NCBI GenBank assembly: GCA_963667015.2
Contig: CAXXJJ010000001.1
Span: 992,001 to 1,056,000 of the forward strand
Length of the DNA: 64,000 nt
Direction of reading: 5' to 3'
Source of the DNA: Desulfatiglandales bacterium
GTDB taxonomy: Bacteria; Desulfobacterota; DSM-4660; Desulfatiglandales; HGW-15
Positions within the stretch are counted from its first letter, which is position 1. The number at the start of each line of letters is the position of its first letter. Below, one piece after another: positions 1 through 10,526 of the stretch. A program made the position numbers and the translations under genes. The notes under the pieces are model-generated. The model did not search any database, was not told the origin of the DNA, and worked only from the letters and a program-made list of their open reading frames with translations.

Positions 1-809
1 TGCCAGTAATAATACATGGTGAGCATGGTATTCTGTATACAGATAAATTCAGAAGAGTAATTGCCCAGAAAATTCTTTTAAGGATGGTTGATTGCACTAT
101 CACAGTTTCAAAGGATCTACAATCTCGCATAGCCAGAGATTTTAATGTGAAAGAGAAACTCTTCATCCCCATTATTAACGGTGTTGACTTCTCAAAATTC
201 AATCATCGGCAAGGAAAATCTTCTATAAGTGTTCGTGAGGAGCTTGGGATTGATGATAAGGCTGTTCTTATTGGCTCAATTGGTCGTCTTGTGGATGTGA
301 AAAATTACCCATTGTTAATTAATGTAATAAATGAATTTGTGATCAAGGGATTGGATATCTACCTGATAATAGTAGGTGATGGCCCAGTGAAGGTTAAATT
401 ACAGCAGGGTATTAAAGATTATGGATTGAATGATAGAGTATTTCTGCCCGGACGAAAAGACAATATACCAGACTATCTCTCTGCTTTTGATATTTTTGTA
501 TTGACTTCCGATTTTGAGGGGATTTCAAATACTATTTTAGAAGCTATGGCTTGTGGGGTCCCCGTTGTAGCAACTAATGTTGGCGGTACTCCCGAAATTG
601 TTGATGATGGAAATACCGGATTATTAGTTAAACCACGCAATAAAAATGAACTTTTTAACTCTCTAAAAAAATTATATGACGATCCACCTTTGCGGCAAAA
701 GATGGGTGAAAGTGCGATAAATGCAATAGCTGAAAAATTCAGTTTGATGAGGATGGTTAATGAGTATGAGAATATATACACACAATTTTATAATAAAAGA
801 AAGCACTAG
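1..809 (+). CDS. GT4 glycosyltransferase (5'-partial; frame open to window start)
   Basis: HGEHG, GRLVDVKN and SDFEGISNTILEAMACGVPVVATNVGG GT-B/GT4 motifs. Confidence 0.9.
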   Translation, partial: PVIIHGEHGILYTDKFRRVIAQKILLRMVDCTITVSKDLQSRIARDFNVKEKLFIPIINGVDFSKFNHRQGKSSISVREELGIDDKAVLIGSIGRLVDVKNYPLLINVINEFVIKGLDIYLIIVGDGPVKVKLQQGIKDYGLNDRVFLPGRKDNIPDYLSAFDIFVLTSDFEGISNTILEAMACGVPVVATNVGGTPEIVDDGNTGLLVKPRNKNELFNSLKKLYDDPPLRQKMGESAINAIAEKFSLMRMVNEYENIYTQFYNKRKH

Positions 810-864
810 TTTTCTTGATTATGATAAGTATGTTCATACTGGAAGATAGGAGAGCCTAATATAT

Positions 865-2733
865 ATGTGTGGAATTTGCGGGATATATAATTTTAAAAGC
901 AATACGCCTGTTAGCTCTGATCAGATTAGTAAAATGTATGGGGTTATGAAATACAGAGGCCCTGATGATGAAGGATATTATATCGATAATATTAGTCCCC
1001 TTGGCTTTGGCCATTGTCGGCTCAGTATATTGGATACTTCAAGCAAGGGTAGGCAACCCATGATTAGTGATGATGGGACAATTATTTTGACGTATAATGG
1101 CGAAGTCTATAATTATGTTGAACTAAGGGAGAGACTGCTTTCTAAAGGGTATCATTTTTCAACCGGTACTGATACAGAAGTAATAATTCAGATGTACCGT
1201 GAATACGGTGAAGGCTGTCTTGATTTCTTTATAGGTATGTTTTCATTTGCTCTATGGGATAAAAAAAATAATAAACTTTTTATGGCACGCGATAGGCTGG
1301 GCATAAAGCCTTTTTATTATTCAATTACAGATGATGGTATAGTCTTCGCATCTGAAATAAAATCCATTCTTACCGCCCTGAGTGTAAAGCCAGAAGCCAA
1401 TTATAGTGCTCTGGATTCTTATATGTCTTTCGGCTATGTCCCTGGTGAAAACACAACATTCAATAATATACATAAAATGCTTCCAGGCAGATATATGTCA
1501 ATATCGGATAATTATATTCAGATCAGACAATACTGGAAGCTTAACTTTAATGAAGAGGCTGACAGGGGTGAAACATATTATATTGAAAAGACAAAAGAGC
1601 TAATTTTTGATGCTTCAAAAATTAGATTAAGAAGTGATGTTCCACTTGGCGTCTTTTTAAGCGGTGGAATAGACTCAAGTACTGTTGTTGCTTTACTCGC
1701 CGGTGAACTCACAGAACCTATTAAAACCTTTTCGGTGGCTTATGACAAAGGCAATGATTTTGATGAAACAGAATATGCGAGGCTAATATCAAATAAATTT
1801 AAAACGGATCATCATGAATTTTATGTTTCTCCTTATGAATTTCGTGATTTGATTCCCAAATATGTATGGCATATGGATGAGCCTGTAGCTGAAGCTGCAT
1901 CTATTTCTCTATACCTTATTGCAAAACTGGCCAGAGAATTTGTGACTGTTGTATTATCTGGGGAAGGTTCTGATGAGATGTTTGCCGGCTATAAAATTTA
2001 TTACTACATGGCCGCGATGGAATTATATCGGAAAATTCCTGGGAAGGTGAGAGAAAAAATACTTGATCCCCTTGCTGGAATGGTCAGTAAAAAGAAATTA
2101 TCCAGATTTATTCAGCTTGCTAAGAAACCCCTGTCTTTAAGGTATCTGGGTGTTCCTCTATATGATTTAGCGTTAAAGGAGAGTCTTTATACAAAAGAAT
2201 TTAATCTGGAAATTAATAGTAGTGTAATGGATATCATTAATCCGTTTTATGAAGAGTGTAGAGGGCAGAACCCGGTAAATCAGATGCTCAATCTTGATAT
2301 TAAAACATGGCTTCCTGATGACCTCCTAATAAAGGCAGATAGAATGAGCATGGCTCAGTCACTGGAATTAAGGGTTCCTTTTCTTGATCATCGAATTGCT
2401 GAGTTTGCAGCCAGGATGCCTGTGAGATACAAATTAAAGGGTAAATCAACAAAATATATCCTTAAAAAAGCTATGGAAGGCTTATTACCGGAAGAAATAA
2501 TCTATAGACCCAAAAAAGGATTTCCTACTCCACTCAAACTTATGTTTCAAAATGAACTGGTAGATTATGCAAAACAAGTTCTATTGGATACCCAAACAAA
2601 TCAACGTGGTTATTTTAATTTGTCTTCAGTTGAAAAGATGCTTGATGATCATAAGAATGGTGTTTTAAACCATGAAAAAATCATATGGCAGTTGATTGTT
2701 CTTGAAGAATGGCATAGATGCTTTATTGATTAA
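865..2733 (+). CDS. asnB: Asparagine synthase (glutamine-hydrolysing)-like amidotransferase, probably polysaccharide-modifying
   Basis: N-terminal MCGICG Ntn motif, RGPD, LSGGIDS, SGEGSDE, LELRVPFLD. Confidence 0.9.
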   Translation: MCGICGIYNFKSNTPVSSDQISKMYGVMKYRGPDDEGYYIDNISPLGFGHCRLSILDTSSKGRQPMISDDGTIILTYNGEVYNYVELRERLLSKGYHFSTGTDTEVIIQMYREYGEGCLDFFIGMFSFALWDKKNNKLFMARDRLGIKPFYYSITDDGIVFASEIKSILTALSVKPEANYSALDSYMSFGYVPGENTTFNNIHKMLPGRYMSISDNYIQIRQYWKLNFNEEADRGETYYIEKTKELIFDASKIRLRSDVPLGVFLSGGIDSSTVVALLAGELTEPIKTFSVAYDKGNDFDETEYARLISNKFKTDHHEFYVSPYEFRDLIPKYVWHMDEPVAEAASISLYLIAKLAREFVTVVLSGEGSDEMFAGYKIYYYMAAMELYRKIPGKVREKILDPLAGMVSKKKLSRFIQLAKKPLSLRYLGVPLYDLALKESLYTKEFNLEINSSVMDIINPFYEECRGQNPVNQMLNLDIKTWLPDDLLIKADRMSMAQSLELRVPFLDHRIAEFAARMPVRYKLKGKSTKYILKKAMEGLLPEEIIYRPKKGFPTPLKLMFQNELVDYAKQVLLDTQTNQRGYFNLSSVEKMLDDHKNGVLNHEKIIWQLIVLEEWHRCFID

Positions 2734-2738
2734 ATGAG

Positions 2739-3902
2739 ATGAATATACTGTTTTTAAGTCATATGTTCCCCAGTCCGGTACGACCTGTAATGGGAACTTT
2801 TGTACTGGATCTTGCCAGATATATTAACAAAAAAGAGAACGTAACAATTCTTTCTCCAGTACCTGTATTCCCATGGAGTCATAAAACAGAAAAATATAAA
2901 GATTATGATATGATACCACGCAAGTTATGTTTGGAGGGTTTAAATGTTTATTACCCACGTTTTTTTATGATTCCCAAATTTTTAAAAAGTACAGATGGTT
3001 TTTTTTATGCGGTATGTGTTTTCCTTCAGGCAATCAGATATTTAATAAAGACGGATTTAATTATTGCTCATTGGACCTTCCCGGATGCGTTTTCCTGCAT
3101 TATCTGGAAAAGATTGATTAAACGAAAATTAGTACTTGTCGTGCATGGAAATGAGAGCATTCATTACTATGAACCTCCATCATTAAAAAAATATTTGATA
3201 GGTAAAACCATAAAAAATGTTGATCATATTGTTGCAGTAAGTAATGATTTAAGAAAAAAAATAATAGAAAAATATAAGGTGCCATCAAATAAAATTTCCG
3301 TGATACCCAACGGTGTTGATTTTAACAAGTTTGTACCAAAGAATAAGAAAGACGCCCGAAAAAAATTGAATCTGCCTGTTGGAAAAAAAATATTTATTAC
3401 AGTCGCTAGACTTTCACCCGAAAAGAATCTTTCTCTTCTTCTTGATGCTTTTTCAATGATAAAAAAAGAGTCGCAACCTTTACTATACATAATAGGTGAT
3501 GGCCCCGAGTTTAAAAGCCTTTATGCAAAAATCAAATCTGAGAATATGGAAAATAATGTTAATCTGATGGGAGCGATACCTCATGAGGAGATCCATCTCT
3601 GGATGAGTGCCGCCGATTTTTTTGTACTGCCCTCCAAGAGAGAAGGAACTCCTGTTGTCATCGGAGAGGCTTTCGCGTGTGGAACGCCTGTTATAGCTTC
3701 GAGCGTGGGTGGAATTCCCGATTTGATTAATAGTAATGAATTGGGGATATTAACTCAACCGGATTCTGTCTCATCATTGTGTGAAGCATTACGAACAGCA
3801 TTGAAAAAAGAATGGGATCGTGAAGTAATAAAAGATGCTGGTTTAAAGCTTGACTGGAAAGATATTGCGGATAGATATCTGGAAGTTATTCATAGCGTTT
3901 AA
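2739..3902 (+). CDS. GT4 glycosyltransferase (TuaC-like)
   Basis: IPNGVD, ARLSPEKN, EGTPVVIGEAFACGTPVIASSVGG. Confidence 0.9.
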   Translation: MNILFLSHMFPSPVRPVMGTFVLDLARYINKKENVTILSPVPVFPWSHKTEKYKDYDMIPRKLCLEGLNVYYPRFFMIPKFLKSTDGFFYAVCVFLQAIRYLIKTDLIIAHWTFPDAFSCIIWKRLIKRKLVLVVHGNESIHYYEPPSLKKYLIGKTIKNVDHIVAVSNDLRKKIIEKYKVPSNKISVIPNGVDFNKFVPKNKKDARKKLNLPVGKKIFITVARLSPEKNLSLLLDAFSMIKKESQPLLYIIGDGPEFKSLYAKIKSENMENNVNLMGAIPHEEIHLWMSAADFFVLPSKREGTPVVIGEAFACGTPVIASSVGGIPDLINSNELGILTQPDSVSSLCEALRTALKKEWDREVIKDAGLKLDWKDIADRYLEVIHSV

Positions 3903-4032
3903 TTAGAAACGAACATTGGAATCAGTATTTTTAAATATGATTAACAGAAAGATTATTTATCTTTCTTTCATGATAATATGTATGAATTGGGATGGCATGG
4001 ATTCTCAGAATCCAACCTTGAGGTAAATACGC

Positions 4033-4599
4033 ATGAGAGCATTTTTTGTCGATCTGCAACGGTATAGGGTTTTATTAGATAGTAACCGATTTTTCAATAT
4101 CTTGTACCTTATTCTATTCACTCCTGCTATATGGGTATTATTTTCATATAGGCTAGGCAGATGGGTAAGAAACAATTTAGGCATTCGTATATTGCAAATT
4201 CCTCTTAAAATCATAACACTGATATTCCATTTTTTTAACTGTGTATTTACAGGTATTGAGATTCCTTTTGAGGCCCAAATTGGTGAGGGATTTCATATAT
4301 CCCATTACAGCGGAATTGTAATTAGCCCCAAAGCAAAAATTGGTAAGTTTTGTAATATCGGCCCGGGTGTTGTTATTGGTGAGGCAGGAAGGCAAAGGCC
4401 CAAAAAGGCCCCGGAAATAGGTGATTATGTCTATATGGGGGCTGGAGCGAAAATACTCGGTGGTGTCAATGTGAAAAATAATGTCGCGATAGGCGCAAAT
4501 TCGGTGGTAACAAAGGATGTTCCTGAAAACGCGACTGTAGCAGGAAATCCTGCTGTGGTGATCAATCATAAAGGTAGTTTGGATTTTATAAAAATATAG
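4033..4599 (+). CDS. Serine acetyltransferase-like hexapeptide O-acetyltransferase
   Basis: Left-handed beta-helix repeats, IGANSVVTKDVP..VAGNPA. Confidence 0.85.
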   Translation: MRAFFVDLQRYRVLLDSNRFFNILYLILFTPAIWVLFSYRLGRWVRNNLGIRILQIPLKIITLIFHFFNCVFTGIEIPFEAQIGEGFHISHYSGIVISPKAKIGKFCNIGPGVVIGEAGRQRPKKAPEIGDYVYMGAGAKILGGVNVKNNVAIGANSVVTKDVPENATVAGNPAVVINHKGSLDFIKI

Positions 4600-4755
4600 G
4601 GTCCTTTCAATAATCAATATATTCAAATCCTTTTCATTTACTGAAGCCTTTCATTGCCCGCTGAAAATCATACGAACAGGATTGCTTAAAGTTTATTTCT
4701 GCTCTTTTTAGGCATAATTCTAAGTTTTCTAATTAAACGAAATCAGGAAATTATT

Positions 4756-6450
4756 ATGAGAAAAAAATTGCGAGTTGGACTTTTACTGGATAACTATAAT
4801 GTCTCTGCTTGGACAATGAAGATGCTACAGAATATTATAAATAGCGATTTTGCGGAAATATGTTTAGTTGTCATAAATGCGAATGAAAATAAGAAGAAAA
4901 CAAAAAATAAATTATATTTAAAATTAATTAAAAAACGTGGTCAGATTTTTCATCTTTTAATCAGAAGTATTCTTGAGTTTATGTATCGTTTTTTTATTGA
5001 AAGAAACACATATCTTCCTGATGCAACAAAACAAATTAATTGTGAGTCACTGTTGGAGTTATTCCCATTAATTAAGGCTAGAACAATTAGAAAAAAATGG
5101 GTGGATTATTTTTGTGAGAATGATATTGAAAAAATTCATGAGCATAATATTGACATTCTGGTCAGATGTGGATTTGGTATTTTGAGGGGTGAGATATTAA
5201 AAGTCGCAAAATATGGAGTATGGTCATTTCATCATGGTGATAATTTTTGCAACAGAGGTGGCCCTGCTGGTTTTTGGGAATCAATGGAGAGTTGGCCTGA
5301 AACTGGATCCATGTTGCAAATTTTAACCGAAGATTTGGATAATGGCGCGGTTATTTACAGGTCATATTCATGCACAAATAACATGTCTGTTTCAGATAAT
5401 AAAAACAATTATTTTTGGAAATCGTTGTCTTTTATGACACGTAAAATGGAAGAGTTATACCGCGACGGGGAAGAAAAATTTTTTAAAAAAGTAGAGTATG
5501 AAAATAGACACCCTATCTTTTATTCCAAACGGTTATACACAAAACCGACAAATTTTGAATATGCTAAATTAATATTAAATAAAATAAAAGAAAAAGCGAT
5601 TTTATTATGTAAGAGAAAGATTTTTATGGAGCAATGGGTTTTAATGTTTGATATAAAAAGTGATTTTTCATTATCTTTATATCGCTATAAAAAACTATTA
5701 CCTCCTAAAGATAGGTTCTGGGCGGATCCACACGTTTTTTACAAAAATAATAAATATTTCGTTTTTATTGAAGAGTATATCTATGATTTAAAAAAAGGCC
5801 ATATTTCACTAATCACTATTGATGAAAATGGTTGTTGTAGCAAGCCGGAAATAATTTTGGACAAACCCTACCACCTCTCATATCCTTTTATTTTTGAATA
5901 CAACAATTGTGCTTATATGATTCCTGAGTCAATTGGAAACCAATCTATAGATTTATACAAATGTGTTGAATTCCCAAATAGATGGGAATTTCAGATGAAT
6001 CTTATGGATAATATAAAAGCAGTAGATTCTACAGTTTTTTATTACAATGATAAATGGTGGCTTTTCACAAATATTATTGAAAATGAGGGGGCTTCAAGTT
6101 GGGATGAACTTTTTCTTTTTTATTCGAGTGATTTGTTTACCAATAATTGGATTCCTCATCCTCAAAATCCAATTGTTTCGGATTGTAAATCAGCAAGGCC
6201 AGCGGGAAAATTATTTTTTGAAAATGGTAAATTATATAGACCATCACAAAATTGTTCTAATAGATACGGTTACGGATTTAATATTAGTGAGGTAAAAGTT
6301 ATTAATGAAAATATATATTCAGAAACTCTTGTGTCGAGTGTCTTGCCTGATTGGGATAAATCCGTTCTAGGGACTCATACATTTAATCGTGTAAATTCAC
6401 TTCATATAATCGATGCTCAATATAGAAGGCAAAAGTTTTGGTTTGAATGA
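4756..6450 (+). CDS. Formyltransferase-like N-domain fused to GINT1_N/GH43-like beta-propeller domain
   Basis: GVWSFHHGD..RGGPAGFWE..LDNG (formyltransferase-like); FWADP, HLSYPF, ARPAG, YRPSQ, GTHT (propeller). Confidence 0.7.
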   Translation: MRKKLRVGLLLDNYNVSAWTMKMLQNIINSDFAEICLVVINANENKKKTKNKLYLKLIKKRGQIFHLLIRSILEFMYRFFIERNTYLPDATKQINCESLLELFPLIKARTIRKKWVDYFCENDIEKIHEHNIDILVRCGFGILRGEILKVAKYGVWSFHHGDNFCNRGGPAGFWESMESWPETGSMLQILTEDLDNGAVIYRSYSCTNNMSVSDNKNNYFWKSLSFMTRKMEELYRDGEEKFFKKVEYENRHPIFYSKRLYTKPTNFEYAKLILNKIKEKAILLCKRKIFMEQWVLMFDIKSDFSLSLYRYKKLLPPKDRFWADPHVFYKNNKYFVFIEEYIYDLKKGHISLITIDENGCCSKPEIILDKPYHLSYPFIFEYNNCAYMIPESIGNQSIDLYKCVEFPNRWEFQMNLMDNIKAVDSTVFYYNDKWWLFTNIIENEGASSWDELFLFYSSDLFTNNWIPHPQNPIVSDCKSARPAGKLFFENGKLYRPSQNCSNRYGYGFNISEVKVINENIYSETLVSSVLPDWDKSVLGTHTFNRVNSLHIIDAQYRRQKFWFE

Positions 6451-6834
6451 AAGAAAAATTAATAAGTTGTGCTTGTATTTATTTTATCAATTTGGGGATA
6501 ATTATTAAATAAAAGTATGTGTTGAATATAAAATATTATAAATAACTGACAATTAATTGTTTTTAGAGAAAGGCCAATATTGAGACTCATAAATATTATT
6601 TTCAATTTAGTACAATGCCCCAAATGTTTTGAGCATCCTATTAAAACTATATAGTATTTTTTAAGTATCGGTTTAATGTTTATTCACATTATTGCATAGT
6701 TTTTAATATTAAAATGTGCTTCTAACCTTATGGCAGTTATATAATCATCCAGTTGCATGAAATGAAAATTTTCAGCATAGGTGGAATGTCCAGGTGAAGA
6801 ATAAAGTAAGGAATATTAAAATGGAAGGAGATGT

Positions 6835-8214
6835 ATGTATTCATTAATAAATCGAAACTTAATTTGGCCATTATATTATAAACTAAAAAGCGATCAAAGA
6901 ATTCAACGAAGCAAAGAAATTGAAAAAATTCAATGGTGTTCTAAGGATGAGATTATAAGCCGGCAATTTAGTGGTTTTAAAAAAATGGTTCGATATGCAT
7001 ATGAGAATACTCCTTTTTATAAAGAACTGTATGATAAAGATAAGGTTTCACTTGAGGATATTCAAAGACCTGAAGATGCTCGTTATCTGCCCATACTGAC
7101 AAAAAAAATGCTCCAGGAAAACTTAGAAAAACTCACATCCACTGCATGTATGGAATCCCAAAGACTTCAGGATGCATCTGGTGGGTCGACCGGGAAGCCT
7201 ACAATTTTCTATATGGACAAGAATACAATACATATGCGATTCGCAGCATTTTTATTTTTTGATCAATGGACTGATTGGAAAATTGGTGAAAAAGTCGCAT
7301 ATTTTTGGGGAGCGGACCGTGATCTTGACGTTAATTTTTTTAGGAAAGTAGATAGCGATTATTTGAAAGACCTTAAAGCTCATCTGGTTGAAAAGTTTGT
7401 TTGGAGACAATACACATTAAATTCATTCTCCATCACCGAGAGCAAAATGTTTGACTTTGCTAGGAGACTTCGCAGAATAAAACCTGAATTAATTGTTGCA
7501 TATACAAATTCTGCATATCAGTTTGCAAAATATTTAAAAGAAAATAGAATAAATGACATCTCTCCCAAAGGGATTGTCTGTTCAGCTGAAACACTTACAG
7601 AGGAAAAACGGAATTTAATAGAAGAAGTTTTCAACTGTAAAGTTCTAAATCGATATGGATCTCGGGAAACTGGTTTAATAGCTTCAGAATGCAAAGCACA
7701 GGAAGGATTGCATATCAATGCATCTGATTTATTTGTTGAAATAGATAACTCGCGTGTTCCCAATAATACAGATGGATCCGGGGAAGTAATTGTTACTGAT
7801 TTAAATAATTTTGTAATGCCTATGATACGTTATAATATGGAAGACCTTGCGACCCCGGTAGATAAGATCTGTTCATGTGGCAGGGGACTGCCATTGATCG
7901 GAAAAGTAAAAGGTAGAACAAGTGATTTCATAGTGCATCCGGACGGTCGCTTAATTCATGGAGAATTTTTTTCGCATGCTTTTTATCATATTCCTGGGAT
8001 TAGTCAATTTCAGATAAAACAAAATAAATTAAATTTGATTGAAATTGTAATTGTACCAAACCAATACTATACGCTCGAGGATAAGAAAAAGATAATGCAT
8101 AATCTCCAGGAAACGATGGGGAGTGAAGTAGAAATACAGTTGAATGAGGTGAAAGAAATTCCGATGCCGCCATCTGGTAAATTTCAGTTCGCAATTAGTA
8201 ATATAGTAGAGTAA
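6835..8214 (+). CDS. CapK/PaaK-like adenylate-forming CoA ligase family protein
   Basis: SGGSTGKP, YGSRE, MPMIRY..D, CSCGRGLP, SGKF. Confidence 0.85.
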   Translation: MYSLINRNLIWPLYYKLKSDQRIQRSKEIEKIQWCSKDEIISRQFSGFKKMVRYAYENTPFYKELYDKDKVSLEDIQRPEDARYLPILTKKMLQENLEKLTSTACMESQRLQDASGGSTGKPTIFYMDKNTIHMRFAAFLFFDQWTDWKIGEKVAYFWGADRDLDVNFFRKVDSDYLKDLKAHLVEKFVWRQYTLNSFSITESKMFDFARRLRRIKPELIVAYTNSAYQFAKYLKENRINDISPKGIVCSAETLTEEKRNLIEEVFNCKVLNRYGSRETGLIASECKAQEGLHINASDLFVEIDNSRVPNNTDGSGEVIVTDLNNFVMPMIRYNMEDLATPVDKICSCGRGLPLIGKVKGRTSDFIVHPDGRLIHGEFFSHAFYHIPGISQFQIKQNKLNLIEIVIVPNQYYTLEDKKKIMHNLQETMGSEVEIQLNEVKEIPMPPSGKFQFAISNIVE

Positions 8215-8983
8215 AATTAAATAATTATTATAGACGTCATTTTTAAACCCATCGACATTATCGCCTGATAATCATAAAGTTCTTACAACACTGTCAGTGG
8301 CTTATTAAGAATCTCACCTATATTTATAACAATATGTGATAATCTAATTCAAATTTAAGAATTCTCAGAAAAAGTATTTATATAGGTTAAGATGTATGTA
8401 TTGTCGTTTTAGATACGCAAATAACATATCATGCTGATTCCCATAATAACAGTAACTTATTAAATTGATGTAATATTTAAATGAAATTAAGATAAATAAT
8501 TCAAAAAAGGAAGTAGATTCCTATGTAAAACGATTATCCATGATAAAAATTGAACACATAAAAATAGATTGTTTTGGTTTCCCATTTTGGGATTTGAGTA
8601 CAATTTTTTACTATCTTGATTTTTTTCATTTCAGTACGCTGTAAAATTATTACCTTAATTTTGCACGAAATCGTTCTGAAATGAATATAGGGTTCTATGA
8701 ACCTCGTTATTACTGAGTTTTGAAAGGCTTAATATTTTCCATACTTTAACCAAATAGGTAATGAAGTACAATTTTACAATTCTAAAAAGCTAGCCTGATA
8801 AGGCTTTTCAATGCCACCCGGAAAGCCAGTAAAATAGGGGCTCTTAAAACACAGTGTTTTTATGGTACGTTTAACCATTTGATAATTCGTTGAAATTTAC
8901 CCGTGCAAAAAAATTCTTGCACGGGATTTTATAAAAGTGATGCAAAATTCAGGTATTAATTAATAAGTCAGGAGAATACACTT

Positions 8984-9697
8984 ATGAACATAGATCAGTT
9001 TATTTTAAAGGTTCGAAGGCATGAAACACCATTTTATTCATTACTTTATAGATTGGCCAAAAAGATGGTATTGTTTAGTTTCCCTTGCATTCGCTCTCTT
9101 CATGGTTCTGTGTTTAAATTAATAATGTTAAAAAGGTCAATATGGTATTGGGTTTCATGCAAGTTTTTCTATGAGCCTGTTTTTAAATCTCAATGCGAAA
9201 GTGTTGGTAAAAATTTTCGATTATTAAGAAGTCTCAATCAAGCTCTCCCTTACATGGGTGGAAAGGTATTTTTAAGAATTGGGGATAATGTACGAATGAG
9301 CAGTAAAATATCTATTTCAGGTAATAAGATTTTTGATCGTCCTACATTAAAAATTGGGAATAATACTTACATTGCAGATGGCGCAAATATAGGAGTCGCA
9401 AAAGAAATAACAATTGGTGATGATTGTCTTATAGGTGATGCTATTATTTTTGATAATGATGGGCATCCTACAGATCATATTGAGAGGACACGAAATACTC
9501 CAATAAAAAAAGAAGAAGTTAAGCCCATCACTATAGGTAACCATGTATGGATAATTATTGGTGGTTCTGTTATTTGTAAAGGTGTTTCTATTGGAGATGG
9601 GGCAATTGTTGCTGGAGGTTCAGTTGTAGTAAAGGATGTTGAGCCGTATACACTTGTTGCAGGTAGTCCTGCAAAGGTAGTTAAACGTCTTAAGTAA
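8984..9697 (+). CDS. Hexapeptide-repeat acyltransferase
   Basis: IFDNDGHP, IGDGAIVAGGSVVVKDV..VAGSPA. Confidence 0.85.
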   Translation: MNIDQFILKVRRHETPFYSLLYRLAKKMVLFSFPCIRSLHGSVFKLIMLKRSIWYWVSCKFFYEPVFKSQCESVGKNFRLLRSLNQALPYMGGKVFLRIGDNVRMSSKISISGNKIFDRPTLKIGNNTYIADGANIGVAKEITIGDDCLIGDAIIFDNDGHPTDHIERTRNTPIKKEEVKPITIGNHVWIIIGGSVICKGVSIGDGAIVAGGSVVVKDVEPYTLVAGSPAKVVKRLK

Positions 9698-10373
9698 AAT
9701 AATATTAGTATTAGGTGATAAAAAATTGAAAGAGTTTGATAAATATATGGTATTAACTTATGGGTATGAAAATCGCTAATACAGAACTGATTTGATTCAT
9801 ATAATGGTTTTACTTTATTAATGATGGCGACAAAATAATACATGTATACTATTTAAAACTTAGGCATAATACAATAAAAGAACATTTTTAACATTTGTTA
9901 GAGTGGAGAAATCCTTCTCTTAGCGTTCAAAAGAAATCTTGTAAACAGAATTAAAAGTAAGAAATAAAAAAAATGAGTTTATCTCAAGTATAAAAAAGGA
10001 TAGATTCTGGTAAGTTTTTAACTATACTATATAGAATGAATGTTTCAATGATTTTGCTTTTCATATTGAAAAAAATGCAGATAAGTTTGTCCCTACAATT
10101 AATATGATATTATTTCCTAATCTTGTGACTAATTATTCAGATTAATTATGGCAAATACTGATAGGGATGTTTTTATAATTCCTTAAAGAAAAGTCTTATT
10201 CATCAAGACTCTATAGAATTCAAACCTCATTACTTACAATCTAAATAAAGAAGATTCTGACTTTAATAATTATTATACACATTTATGGTTTTTTATACTT
10301 TCAGCAAAATAATCATCGATATTTAACAATATAACTCTGTGTTAATATTTTAGATTTATTGATACCTCCATTT

Positions 10374-10389
10374 TGGCATAATCCTTGCT
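10374..10389 (+). promoter_or_regulatory. Sigma-54 -24/-12 promoter
   Basis: TGGCAT-AATCC-TTGCT, GG-N10-GC, about 140 bp upstream of 10527. Confidence 0.7.
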
Positions 10390-10526
10390 TTAGGTATTAT
10401 CTTGAAATGAAAAAAAGAAGTATTTAAATATCGTTTTTTTCTTTAGGCGTAAAATATAAAGCATGGAAAGTGGCAAATATTTATTATTAAGAGTATTCGT
10501 ATATCATTCATTTAGGAGGTCTAATT

